In this document: positions 1 through 12,527 of the stretch, piece after piece
How the letters are laid out: the number at the start of each line of letters is the position of its first letter
How positions within the stretch are numbered: the first letter of the stretch is position 1
Origin: Atractiella rhizophila
Lineage: Eukaryota
DNA: 40,532 nucleotides
Assembly (NCBI GenBank): GCA_021432655.1
Contig: MU271504.1
Span: 11,639-52,170, forward strand
Direction: 5' to 3'
Position numbers and translations under genes: made by a program
Notes under the pieces: model-generated
Database searches by the model: none
What the model saw: the letters and a program-made list of their open reading frames with translations, nothing else
Told to the model about the DNA's origin: nothing

Positions 1-2283
1 GTGGCAACAGAGAATGACGCATCGTGTGTAAGTTGGATTATATGAATGTTGTCTGGGCGGCACATAAGGTTGGCGCGACTGTGAACACCCTTAATGCTGC
101 GTTTAGTGCGCTCCAAATCTATCTTCCTTTCATGCTGGAACTGATCAAAAATTATAGAGGAGGAAGAACTTGCGCATTCTTTAAAGCTCTGTGCGGATAA
201 CTACTTCCATGGGTTTCAAAACACTAACGGTGAAAACAAGTAACAAAGCACTATCGATTGAAGGTCATATTTACCACACCTGCGCTACTGCCAACGCTTC
301 AAACAGCCCTCCTTGCAATGGGACGGAATGACATTCAAATCGCCCTCTTCTCCTCTCCCACCTCCTCTTCCACAGCAATATCTACTCCCACGATCGCCCA
401 AGCCCTCAGCCTGCCGTCCTCTCACGAAAATTTCCCCGTTTCTGAAGTCTCCAAGGAGGACCTCGCATTTCTTTGTCTCTCCAGGTGCCCAAACTCCTTT
501 CTACAAGCAATTTTAGTTTTTGAGCGATGTGAGCAGTGGAACGACAGGTCATCCAAAGCTCATCAAGATCTCCCATGACGCCGTCGTTGCGAATGTTCTT
601 CAGATGTCACGATGGAGGGAGAAGGTATTTAATCCGCTCCGGGATAGGGCTTTAGGGGTCTTGGTCTGTTACTCTTTTCTCTTCTGTCAGGACTTTCGGT
701 TGGACTGACAAATGTTGAAGCCGTTTAGTCACATCTATGGGTCCGTTTCCCTTTTGGGAGATGAGTGACAAATTGAGAATATTTGCTAGATTGGTCAAGG
801 TGGCACATTTTCATATATACAATTCAATACCGGTTTGTCACCACTGAATTATTGCATAAACTAACAAACACCTGAACAGATCGTAGTGATGCCCAAATTC
901 GACCTCGCTCACATGTTAGAAGCGATCCAGGAGCAAAAGATTACCATGTTGTATATCGTGTAAGTTCATCTCTTCCGCTGCGTCTTCAAATTTGGCTGAG
1001 AAGGGTAGCAGTCCCCCCATGGCGCTTCTTCTGTCTAAATCTCCAAAGACTAAGGAATATGACCTCTCCCATGTCCACTTCGCTATGTCTGGCGCAGCTC
1101 CTTTATCAACTGCATTAGCAAAGGAATTCGAGAAAAAGTTCCCGCAGATCCAGTTGTCCCAAGGCTCGTCTTTTCCATTGTAGTTTGAGGATCTCTGCTG
1201 ATGAAAACTACAGGGTACGGAATGACCGAAGTACCAACTGGCACCGCTATCTCACCTGTAGGCCATGGAGTTTCATTCCCTGCATCTTCAGGCGGACAGT
1301 TGTTGCCCAATACTAGGGCAAGAATTGTGGATACCCTCACGGGTGAAGATGTAGGAGTGGAAGAGAGGGGAGAACTGAGGGTACATAGCCCTGCTATGGC
1401 TAGTGGATACGTATGCGCAGAAGGAGAAAAGGATGACATGCTGGATGATGATGGGTGGGTAAAGAGTGCGTGTTCTTCCTCTTTGTATACGCTAGGCTCT
1501 GAACAGTCATGAAGCGGGAGATCTGTGCTATTTTGATAAAAATGGCTTTCTCTTCGTTGAGGATCGAATCAGGGTAAGCTTTTCTCGCTTGCAGCATGGC
1601 GAACTCAAAGTTGGTTAGGAACTGTGAGTCTTTGATGGATGTGCAAGCTCTTTGCTAACGACATGAAAAGAATCAAGATTAAAGGGCACTCTGTGGCTCC
1701 AGCAGAAGTGCGTAAAACTGTCATTATTGATACATTTGACTAACATGCTTTCCGAAGCTTGAGGTCTAACCTCCTTACCTTCCCTTCAAAAACTCAAATG
1801 CATGTTAGGGATTGATAAGACATCCAGACGTCAGTGACGTCGGGGTAATTGGAGTTCCTCATGAATACACAGGACAGGTACGATCTGCATTTTCGGATCA
1901 ACAGGGGACTAAATCTGTATAGGCTCCTAGAGGTGCAGACACTCTTCAAGATAGGTGTTGATCCTCAATTCTATTGTCGCAGCCTACGTCGTTCTGTCGC
2001 CTTCAGCATCATCCAAACCTCAAGACGAAGTGCGAAAGAGCATCATGCAACTTGTCCGGACGACGAAAGCTTCTTACAAAAGCCTTGAAGATGTTCGTTT
2101 CGTCAAGGCAATCCCCAAAAATGCTGTATGCCTTCCACCCACTACTGCGAATACATTCTGATCAACTTCCTTCAGTCCGGCAAGATCTTGCGTATAACCA
2201 GTACGTCCTCATCTGCCCAAGGATACATGATTTAATTCCCAACAGTGCGACAATGGGCAACAGAAGATCAGATGGACTCCTGA
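1..2283 (+). CDS. 4-coumarate-CoA ligase-like / AMP-dependent acyl-CoA synthetase; multi-exon, 5' end outside the window
   Basis: ANL-superfamily motifs across short exons: SSGTTGHPK, QGYGMTE, DGWVKS(G)D, DRIR|EL|IKIKGHSVAPAE|LE, HPDVSDVGVIG, APRAYVV, IPKNA|SGKILR. The last exon reads ...MRQWATEDQMDS* with TGA at 2281-2283. Confidence 0.9.
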
Positions 2284-2443
2284 TATCACCATGTATTTTA
2301 TTTGGCACAGTAGTTAAGTATTCAGTGCTCCGTCGTCGTTCCCACTTAGCAAAAAGATCTCCACGTGGTTTTCGAACCTAGATGTCCGTTGCAAATGCAA
2401 ATCCTTGAGTACACATAATCAAGATTATGCCGTGATTCAAAAA

Positions 2444-5400
2444 TTACAAAATTCTAGGCACCGATTCCCTCAACCGTCTGACGGGTTTGGTGTTCTCCAA
2501 GTCCAGCGCATATTGCAATGCTTGGACCTCCCGCCGTGACTGACTGGCATGCACCGATTCGATGTAGCCATCAGAGTTAACTCTCTGATTGCCTCGCCGG
2601 ATAACGCGTCCAAGCAGCCACCACATTTCTGGGTAATCCCAAGCATTCGTTTCTGTCGCAAGCTCCAGCATTGTTTCGGCATAGTCCCGAGCGTGACGCA
2701 GGTTGAGATTGTTGGTTGGAAATACGTATGGGTCCTCAATGACATCATCTTTGTGCTTTGTCGGTTCGAGGGGAGGAACTGATTCAAGGTAAAGTTTGGC
2801 AAGGAAGAATATAGAGTCGGGGTGGTCGACTTCTAGAACACTCGATTCCCTCAAACATTTGTAAGTCGCCTCATAGTCCCCATTCGCATAGTGCAGAAGG
2901 GATTGCTGTTGACTGGTTAACACAGAGTTGAGATATTGGTGACAAACTGACTTGAACGATTACATCCACATCCTCAGAGCTGATAGCTTCAGCTTCTTTG
3001 ATGGCACCCCTACAGTCCTCAGTTTTCCCGGCTCTTCGAAAAGTTGCCGCGCTCAACAGCCACAAATTGATCAAGAGTTTCTTCATCCCTGAATCAACAG
3101 GACGCAATGGAGCCACCACAAAGCTTCTGTTGTCTTCTGATGTTGGTCCCGAAGGATGCAATGATGCAGATATTGAGGCTTCAGGTTGTAAGGATGCAGA
3201 ATCCGTCTGGCCGCGTTGATCTTGCGACATTGGTGGCACTTTAAAACGACACATTGAGAAGGTAACTTGAATTACTCACCTCCTGTCGAAGTTGCGGGAG
3301 CAATGCTGGTTCGCGATTGTCTCGAGGTCGTAGTATTTGAGTGCTGCAGTTGTACATTGCTGGTGGTAGATTGTTCCGCTGACATGGGCTGCGAAGAATA
3401 TGGGTAGGACTTCGGTTCTTTTGACGCTTTTAAGGAGATCGTCAGCGAGAAAGCCGAAAAACGTACCCTGAAGAGGTGAATTTATGCGGGAAAAATAAGA
3501 GAACATTGTCTTCTGATCCTGAATAGCCGCTTCCGGACCGCCGATTAATTCAACCAGAATGTTCCTTGTCATCCGAAGCTGCATCTCGCTCGCCAATAGC
3601 CCGTCTGCATCCATCAGATGATCCCATCCAGTGTTCACTTCTTCCTCTTCAGGAGCAGATTCTTCAACTGGTGTAGCACCCCTTGCACCTGCTCCATTGG
3701 CTCCGGTTCCGTTTGGAGTGGGACTGCGATCATCGTCGTCATCACTAGACTCATCATCATCCTCCGTCGTTGCATCGATAATCTTCAGAGCGCCTTCATA
3801 GTCGTGTTTAGCACTCATAAGCAGAGCCAGAAGATGCCAGGCATCTTTGTTCTTTGTTGAAAGCTGAAGAGCACGCTTGATGGAGAGTATGGCAGAGTCA
3901 ATATCACGAAACTCCGTCTGGGCGAACGCGAGATGGTAAAGGTTGACAAATGACATGTGTAACGTCGCAGCATTTGAAAGATGTTTGAGGCAGCTTTGTT
4001 GCAAACCTGCACGATTGCTCTTGTCACCTGTCAATGTATCAATCGTCTAATTCTGTTGCAGTGATGGACGTGCGCACCTATTTCGGCCAACGCTCCGTCC
4101 ACAATGCCTCTAGTTCGCGTGACTCTGCTCATAAGCTTCTTGTCCTGTTTCACATCTGAACATTCAAAGTCGTCCAATGCCTTTTCTAGCTTCTTCATTA
4201 ACTCATCTGCCTCTTGAAACTTGCGCAGATATTTGAGATACACTCGAAGGCCAATCAAGACTGTCTCAACGAAATCGCGGTTCGAATCCACGTCACTTTC
4301 GTCCCCTCGCAAGTTCTCATCCTCCTCGTCGAATTCTTCTCCTTTTTCGGCAGCTTCTCGGCGAGAATATGCTTCATGTAGCCTGGATATTGTTTTTGCG
4401 ACTTCTTCCAATTTGGTCTCCTTCGCTTTCGTCCACAGTTGGACATATAGATTGACGCTACGGATGCATGCGTCGTATTTCTTCGATACAAGTTGTGCTT
4501 TGACGAGGTGGCGCAGTAAACGGTTGGAGTGGAACGTGTACTGCAAGGCTCCTAGCATAATCTTCTCATAATCGCGCTCAGTTTCCAGCTCAGTTCGGCA
4601 TGGGTAAGACGCACCTCAGAAACTACCACAGCAACGTCCTCCGCTCTTCCTCCCAACTCCCAACTCTCGACGCACAGATCAAGGAACTCCAAATATGGAC
4701 GGTTGATGTCACCCGCCTTCGGAAACTTGGTCCAGGTCTTCAGATTCTGCTCCAAAGCGGTGACCAGCTTCTCCACCTCCAGTCTCCAAGTCGATTCTTG
4801 AAGCATCATGGTAGTCGACCTGGGAGATGCCGCCGTCCTCTGAACCTCTGGTGAGTCTGCGATGTTTCCTTTAGAAGAAATAAGCTTTTCGACAACCGGA
4901 GAAGTTGTGTTCGCCATCGATGGAATGTAGGATCCATGGCTATAGGCGTCGATGAGGAGGCGATAATACGAGCGAAAGACGACGCTGCGTTTTTGGAGAC
5001 GATAATCAGAGCCCAATGAAGAACATTGCTGAAAGTAGCAGCGATGGGCAGTCAAAGCAGTGAAATCGTCTCTGTGACCAACTTGAGCAGATGGAATATT
5101 TTGGAGAAAAACGGACTTTTCTTTACTCAGAAGAGCATAGCGATACAACCCTTCCTCCGCCCAACGCTTAAACTCTTCCCAAGTTGAGAGATCCTCCTTT
5201 TGCAATGCAGTTGTTAAACCGATATAGATCTGAGCCATTCTCTCATATGCTTTCAAGGCCTCCTCTGTTTTTCCATCGCGGTCCAAACAAAACGCTATCC
5301 CCACCTTGCATTAATCAGATTAAGAAATCATCGACAGAACAAACCAACCTTTGAGGGCTGCAGCAGCAACTCTGAGAGTATATCCATAGATATTTTCCCA

Positions 5401-5801
5401 GCCGGCATTCACCTCCTTCCTCTTTCCTTTAGCTGAAGGAGCATCGTCTGCTTTGAACTCATCCACCCAGTTCTCGAATCCGGACTCGTTCAAAACCTCC
5501 GAACAGGCGACCAAGTCTCCAGTCGCGTACTCTGCTAGAGCCAAAACAGCTCTCGTTTGGAATGACGGTTCTCCTCCTGGACTGCTAGAGAGGGCTTTCT
5601 TCAGTCTTCCTGTCGCCTCTTTTGCAGCACTTTGATCCTTGGAGAGGATGTGGGGAGGCCAGACGGGTTCGGATGGGGGAGAAGAGGCGGAAAATTCAGA
5701 AAGATGAGAACGCGCCGGAGAGTACCGAGGTTTCGACTCGTTTGCGGCTTGTAAGAGCAAGGATTGGATTACTTGTTCCGCTAGGGCAGTTTCCACCATC
5801 G
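2444..5801 (-). CDS. YPP1: TPR-repeat scaffold of the YPP1/TTC7 family (PI4K complex); multi-exon, N-terminal exon(s) not located
   Basis: Chained minus-strand ORFs (5320-5826, 4552-5304, 4031-4558, 3276-4034, 2871-3254, 2444-2923) carry family-like motifs: LYHLAFAQTEFRDIDSAI...AWHLLALLMSA, LWLLSAATFRRAGK, WDYPEMWWLLG, LQYALDLENTKPVR. A splice acceptor at about 5802 implies an upstream exon. Confidence 0.8.
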
Positions 5802-8242
5802 CTGCAAGAGGCTTAGTCAGTGTCAAATGCCTGAAGGCTGCTCAATGACTGTTTGAAAACAGGGAAAGAATACGAAAATTCTAGTGTTCGGCGCGACCTC
5901 CTTCTCAGATATCTCCTCGATGGGACGCAGCTTCCTTTTCTCAAATAGTAAAGATTGTTGCTTTTCCCTCATCAAGGGCACGTTCTTTTCTTGCTATTCT
6001 GTGTAATATTAATAAATTTCGTGCAACATGACTTCCATGTCAACTATGAAGGAGTTAAAACAAAATCCGTCCCCTGACCCCCTTCTTTGAAAAGGTTCCT
6101 CAACTTGTGAGTACCACGACAAACGCAGTAACGATAGCCTCAGCCCACGCCTTCAAAGAGGGTTCATCTGTGCCTCAGAATCTAGCGAAGCGCATATACG
6201 GAAAAGCAGGCAGATCTTGAGCGGCTGACAGGCTAAGCTTCTTGATCAAAGAAAGCAGGACTTTGTGTGAGGCTGTAAGACCCTCTCTCTAAATATGCTA
6301 AAGAAAAGCATTCAAATAAACGCAAGAGAGTTCTGCGTTGACCGAAGAAATGGTACGCGGATTCAGTATCGATCTCAAACAATACATGCAGGATATGATA
6401 CAAATTAGCAAGCTTCTCTCCCCTCTTAACTCTATCACTTTAGAATGGAGGCGTACCTTCACTTCCATTCACCCACTTCCTAACCTTTCGCCCACATTCC
6501 TCCCAAGTCCATCCCGCCTGTGCGCTCTCCTCCTTTTCCCTTCCACCAGGACCCACCGAGCTCAGACTCCTAAGACTATCCTCTCTCTGCAATTCGGCGC
6601 CCAATCCGCCCTTCTCACTAGTCTTCTCAGACTGCCGAAAGACGCCTAGTATGTAATCCCTCTTTCGATGCCTGGGAGGAAGAGTTACAAGCCTCCCCTT
6701 GGAATCTGCCGGGTGAGAAAGAGCCCATAACCCCTGTTGCCGAGCGAGGGTAAGGTTCATAGCGTACGCTGGACCTTTGGAGGACGAATGATGGAGAGCA
6801 GACATTTTGTGGATTTGTTCTGATCCCTGGAACTGATTGTTTGAGATACCGAAATAGATCGCAAGGGCACTAGTTGGCTGTAAGGTTGAGACTGGGGGAA
6901 AAGCGACTGGCTCAAGCAGAAAAGAGCTAGAGAACGCGACTTTGTCGCCGTTCCTGACGGCTTTTATTGGACGGCTTTGTCGACTGGCCGCATGTCATAA
7001 ATTGGGATTGCATGTCATAGATTGGGTACCCAGGTCATACAGAACATTTACTTTATCTATTTCGTGGTATTCATGCCATGTCCGCTGCTTACATCAGACT
7101 GCTCTAATACACCAGACTAACCAAGCACCAAATACACTAACACCTCCCTGCCCCAGCACTAACTCCGCCCTGCAAGCTTCCAGGGCTTGACTCTTGAAGT
7201 GTCTCGGATATCTAACCTCAGGACTTGTGAGGCGCCGGCGTCTGGGAATCAAATCCAAGGTGTATTGGGCTCTTTCTTCACCCACCAAGCTCCACAAGCA
7301 AGTCTCGTAACCTGCTTCCGGCTTGAAATATCTTATTTCCAGTTAAAACATGAAGAAATAACTGTCTACCCAACAAGCAGGACGACAGTATGTGAATGCT
7401 TGACGGTATGAGCACGCCAATCAGACTTCAAAAAGTCGTGGGTTGGATATAATTTGCAGTACTTCGTTGGTCCTTTTATCGAGGGTGAGCAATGACGAGA
7501 GGTCGACAAGCCAAGGCAACTTACAGAGTGCAATCAGAACCCAGCTGTGAAGCCAGCGCCATAAGATGTTGAAGATTAGACAGCCAATGCAGATTTGGTA
7601 TATATTCAGAAATGGGCGGGCGATCTTGGCGAGGTGTCAGAGGTTCCGTCGTTAACGTTTGGCTCGTCAACCCATCTTCATGATGTACCGGAAAAGTGAA
7701 TGGAAAAGCATATCTTGATGACGCCGGTTGGGGATGAGCTTTCAGGTTTCTGGTTTGATTGAGCATTCGAACGAGACTTTCACTCTCTTCAACGCTCTTG
7801 CTCTTGGAGAACTAGAGAAGCCTCAACCAGGAGCTGTGCCAGCAAAATCCAAGAAATGGTTCCCCTCACTCCCGAGTGATCCAGAAAATCCATGCCAAAT
7901 GAAAATGGTTGTCATGTTGGAAGTGGTCGAGGCAAATTTGTCGTTGGAGGATCAGAGGTGCTATGTTAGCAGCAAACGAACGAGGTATCGCCCTTAACGA
8001 GCAAAGATAATCCGTTGAAATTTCTTCGTCCGTGCAAGTTAGAGAAGAACCAGTCAAGACATTCAGCAAGTAGATTTTCGAAAGTAAAACTGCGATCTTG
8101 GGCCATGTTGGAGAGAGAACTGGCTAAGCCAGGTGGCCCTGTAGGCTACTGTCCTGATGCGATGGGCCGCAAGGTCAGCGTTGAAGCAGGAAAGCAAAAG
8201 CGACGGGTTGCAGTGCGCTGTCGTCAAATACGTTGACAGAAG

Positions 8243-8346
8243 ACAGCGGAGTCTCCGTAAAGATTGAGGGTTGCGTGTCTAACATCTGACGATCACAGCG
8301 GAGTCTCCGTAAAGATTGAGGGTTGCGTGTCTAACATCTGACGATC
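8243..8346. repeat. Perfect 52-bp tandem duplication (2 copies)
   Basis: acagcggagtctccgtaaagattgagggttgcgtgtctaacatctgacgatc occurs at 8243-8294 and again at 8295-8346. Confidence 0.95.
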
Positions 8347-8728
8347 AGCTTGCAAGCTTGATGTTGTAAAGGGTCATACGTCAAACGTTACAAAAGCCCA
8401 CAGCAACACCTCCTGCCATGTCGTTCCCTTGACTCAACGCTGTGGGTGAGACCCTCTCTCTAACTTCTAATGGCCATTACGCTTGAGTTGGGTTGAGAGT
8501 TTGCATTTTGCATGTGCCACCCGCGGGAAGGCGATCGGAAAAGGACAGAGAGTGGCCGACCTCCGTAAGACATTGATTGGGATGATCAACCATCGCACCC
8601 TTTCTTACTCCTCCATAATCTCTATAAGAGCAACCTCCACAGCGCTCCACAGATCCCACGTCAGCGTCAGCTTCAGAACCCCCAAGTTCAGCTTTCAAAC
8701 AAGGCTCCTTCGAACAACAACAATCAAG

Positions 8729-10603
8729 ATGAGCGAAAAGAAAGACATCACATCTTGGGCATCCAACGATGGGCAGTTTAGACGCGCTCCTTCATCTTTT
8801 AGGAACGCGATCGAAAAGGATGGAGAGTTCTCGCCAGAGAAGGGAAGGTACTGGCTGTATGTCAGCTATGCTGTGAGTGCTCTGGTCTTTGTTTCCGCAT
8901 CGCACTTTCCTCGTATGCTCTGTGTTGTTCTTCGATCGTAGTCGTTTCGGATCGTTGATTTTTTGCACCCCGAGGACTCACTTAGGGTGATCTGGCTAAG
9001 AGGAGCCTAAGCTCGAACACAGTCCACCTTGAATATGACTTTGCCCATTCTCAGAGAACTCACTAGAACCCACTATTAATGGATGCTCAAAGAAGTAACA
9101 TGTTGGAGAGTCGCTTTATTCGTTTCTCTCGACTCAAATCTGTATGCTTTCTTGATGGAAAGGGTTGAGCCAATCAGCGTCTGATGTTTAGCTTTGTGCC
9201 TCCGCAAAAGGCTGCTTTCTTCCTCTTTTCCTCTTTTCCTTGTGACGATGTCAATATTTGCAATCCTTGAACGACTACCGCAGCTGATTAGAGAAGGTAA
9301 CGTGAGTGGAGGTTGGATTCTCCTTTAAACGGTTTGAGGCCTAACTCAAAGAATTCACACTAAACAACAGAACAATGATTTGTTAAACTTGGAGACGGCT
9401 ATTTTTTACCCCTGCTCTCGCTTATCCTTCTCCTTTTCTCTGTAAACGACTAGAAACGCTCTAACTTGCGTTTAAAAGTGCCCATGGGCACATCGCACCC
9501 TCATCGTTCGCGCACTCAAAGGTCTCACTTCCTTTATTGGTGTTACGGTCGTACATCCACATATGGGATCTCTCGGCTGGTCGTTTGGACCTGACGCTGC
9601 GACGAATCCGTCTTTTAAGGCTGATGATGTCGACGGTGAGCCAAAGTACGGGTTCAAACACCTACGGTAAGCAATTCCTACCAGGTTCATCGAATGTGGA
9701 CAGACCTGATGTGGTTGTTTGGATGCTGTAATGCAGGGAGCTCTACTTCAAGTCCGAACCGAACTATGAAGGAAGATTCACTGTGCCTGTGCTTTGGGAC
9801 TTGAAGAGCCAGAAGATTGTGAATAACGAGTCATCTGAAATTATTCGCATGTTCAACACTGCCGTGAGTTCTTCCTTCTTTCCCACGGGAAAAGCCTTTG
9901 ACGTCAGGAGGTAGTTTGATGATTTGATTGAGGAGAAGTACAAGGGAGTTACGTTCTACCCAGAGGATCTAAGGGGTGAAATTGATGGACTCAATGAGTG
10001 GTGGGTGTCCTCCACCTTCACTCCGATCCCTTCAAGACATATTTCATTAACACATCTGTGATGCTACAGGGTCTATGACACGATCAACAATGGAGTGTAC
10101 AAATGCGGTTTTGCTTCAACCCAAGCAGCGTACGAGTCGAATGTGATTCCGCTGTTCGAATCGCTCAATAAGGTGGAGAAAATCCTGGAGGGCAAGGACT
10201 ACTTGGTTGGAAACAAGTTGACAGAGGCAGATATAAGGCTGTTTACGACGATTGTCAGGTGAGTTTACTGATATCACCCTCATGGGAGATGAAGCGAACT
10301 CATCATTTTTATAAACAGGTTTGATCCCGTTTATGTTGGACACTTCAAGTGCAACATTGGCACTATTCGAGGGTGCGTTTCTTCACGTTCTTTTCAGCCA
10401 AGCAGTTGCTGATAAATAGCGACAACGTCAGCAACTTCCCCAATATTCACCGCTGGCTACGACAGCTTTACTGGAAGGACGAGGCTTTCAAATCGACCAC
10501 GAACTTTCAGCATATCAAGCAGCATTACTATTGGTCCCACACTCAAATCAACCCCACCAGGATCGTTCCCCACGGCCCTGAACCTGAAATTTTGCCTCTC
10601 TAA
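8729..10603 (+). CDS. Glutathionyl-hydroquinone reductase / omega-like glutathione S-transferase (ECM4/YqjG family); multi-exon
   Basis: Exon 1 is [19 protein letters not shown]...[10 protein letters not shown]. It is spliced over intron 8873-9478 to [16 protein letters not shown] (catalytic CPWA). Later exons give [60 protein letters not shown]. There is an in-frame upstream ATG at 8582. Confidence 0.93.
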
Positions 10604-12400
10604 TAAAGGAAGATGATTCAATTTTGGGCTGGTAATATGTAACAGAACTGAACCAATCTATATGTGTCTGAATAGTAACATCTTGCTACTTTGCAGTTAT
10701 AACGGAGGCGAACCTTTCTTTTGGTGTCACATGTGTTGAGAGATTCAGACGAAATGAGCAAATTGATGCTGCTTCTGCCTTCTTCTTCGACACATCGCCT
10801 TATAAGGCCACAGAGGCGGGAGGAGACTCAACCTCTGGTCAAAATTGCCATTGCGTTCAGTCCAGTGCATTGATCAAACTAAAATCCCATACTATAACGG
10901 CAACAGATACCTCTAAAGGTACCTGGCCCCCACTGGTTTATAATATACTTGATAGGCTTGATATTTCTGCAACATGGCCGAAGTTCTTCGGAACTGTTTG
11001 TTTTCTACAACTTAGCATGGACGAAGAAAGTTCTATGGCTTGTATCCTTACGGATGATTTCTCGCTCATTTGCTGCTAATTGGTACCCTAGTCTTGCGGT
11101 GATAAATCTGCTTTAATTGGTGTTTGATGTGAACGTAACGTCCCATTATGATTGTTCAAAATGGAGCCTCACAGACCAATTTGACGTGAAAGCGGGTCAC
11201 CATCCAGAAAAACTCGTTTGGTTGAGATTTATCAAGTTCTCTACTTCTAGGAACGTCGAAGAGAGTGAAAACTTTGCTCGACTACTCGACTAAGCTATAA
11301 ATCTGGAGGCTCTTTATCTTACTGGAGGCAACGAGTGATACTGGCACAAACAATGTTACGGATTTAACACGCTCCTCGCGTCGCATTACTATATCAATGT
11401 TGAGTACTAAGTAGTAATAGACAAATCAACCATAGCCGAAAGATTCAAATCGACCACGAACTTTCAGCATATCAAGCAGCATTACTATTGGTCCCACACT
11501 CAAATCAACCCCACCAGGATCGTTCCCCACGGCCCTGAACCTGAAATTTTGCCTCTCTAATAAAGGAAGATGATTCAATTTTGGGCTGGTAATATGTAAC
11601 AGAACTGAACCAATCTATATGTGTCTGAATAGTAACATCTTGCTACTTTGCAGTTATAACGGAGGCGAACCTTTCTTTTGGTGTCACATGTGTTGAGAGA
11701 TTCAGACGAAATGAGCAAATTGATGCTGCTTCTGCCTTCTTCTTCGACACATCGCCTTATAAGGCCACAGAGGCGGGAGGAGACTCAACCTCTGGTCAAA
11801 ATTGCCATTGCGTTCAGTCCAGTGCATTGATCAAACTAAAATCCCATACTATAACGGCAACAGATACCTCTAAAGGTACCTGGCCCCCACTGGTTTATAA
11901 TATACTTGATAGGCTTGATATTTCTGCAACATGGCCGAAGTTCTTCGGAACTGTTTGTTTTCTACAACTTAGCATGGACGAAGAAAGTTCTATGGCTTGT
12001 ATCCTTACGGATGATTTCTCGCTCATTTGCTGCTAATTGGTACCCTAGTCTTGCGGTGATAAATCTGCTTTAATTGGTGTTTGATGTGAACGTAACGTCC
12101 CATTATGATTGTTCAAAATGGAGCCTCACAGACCAATTTGACGTGAAAGCGGGTCACCATCCAGAAAAACTCGTTTGGTTGAGATTTATCAAGTTCTCTA
12201 CTTCTAGGAACGTCGAAGAGAGTGAAAACTTTGCTCGACTACTCGACTAAGCTATAAATCTGGAGGCTCTTTATCTTACTGGAGGCAACGAGTGATACTG
12301 GCACAAACAATGTTACGGATTTAACACGCTCCTCGCGTCGCATTACTATATCAATGTTGAGTACTAAGTAGTAATAGACAAATCAACCATAGCCGAAAGA
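10487..12400. repeat. Exact 957-bp direct tandem duplication (10487-11443 and 11444-12400)
   Basis: The same 69-aa ORF appears at 10870 and 11827 (offset 957). Both copies start ttcaaatcgaccacg and end catagccgaaaga. No mismatch was found by eye. Confidence 0.95.
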
Positions 12401-12527
12401 AAGATGGAGTAACAAAATGGAGGGAAGGAAGGAAGTCAAGGAATAAAGCGTACAAACACACGAGGGTCCCTCACCATGCCAACTCAAAGGTCAAGTCCAT
12501 CAAAGGAAAGCGTCGAAGAGAGCAAAA

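Noticed and set aside
8243..8346. CRISPR-like array
   Set aside because: There are only two directly abutting copies with no spacer, in a eukaryotic context.
9160..9400. C/D snoRNA in the GST intron (9-nt matches GAGCCAATC and CTTGGAGAC to LSU rRNA segments)
   Set aside because: The complements are short and not correctly placed next to a D or D' box.
10870..12036. Two identical 69-aa ORFs as paralogous genes
   Set aside because: They are a by-product of the 957-bp duplication, start at TTG and have no recognisable motif.
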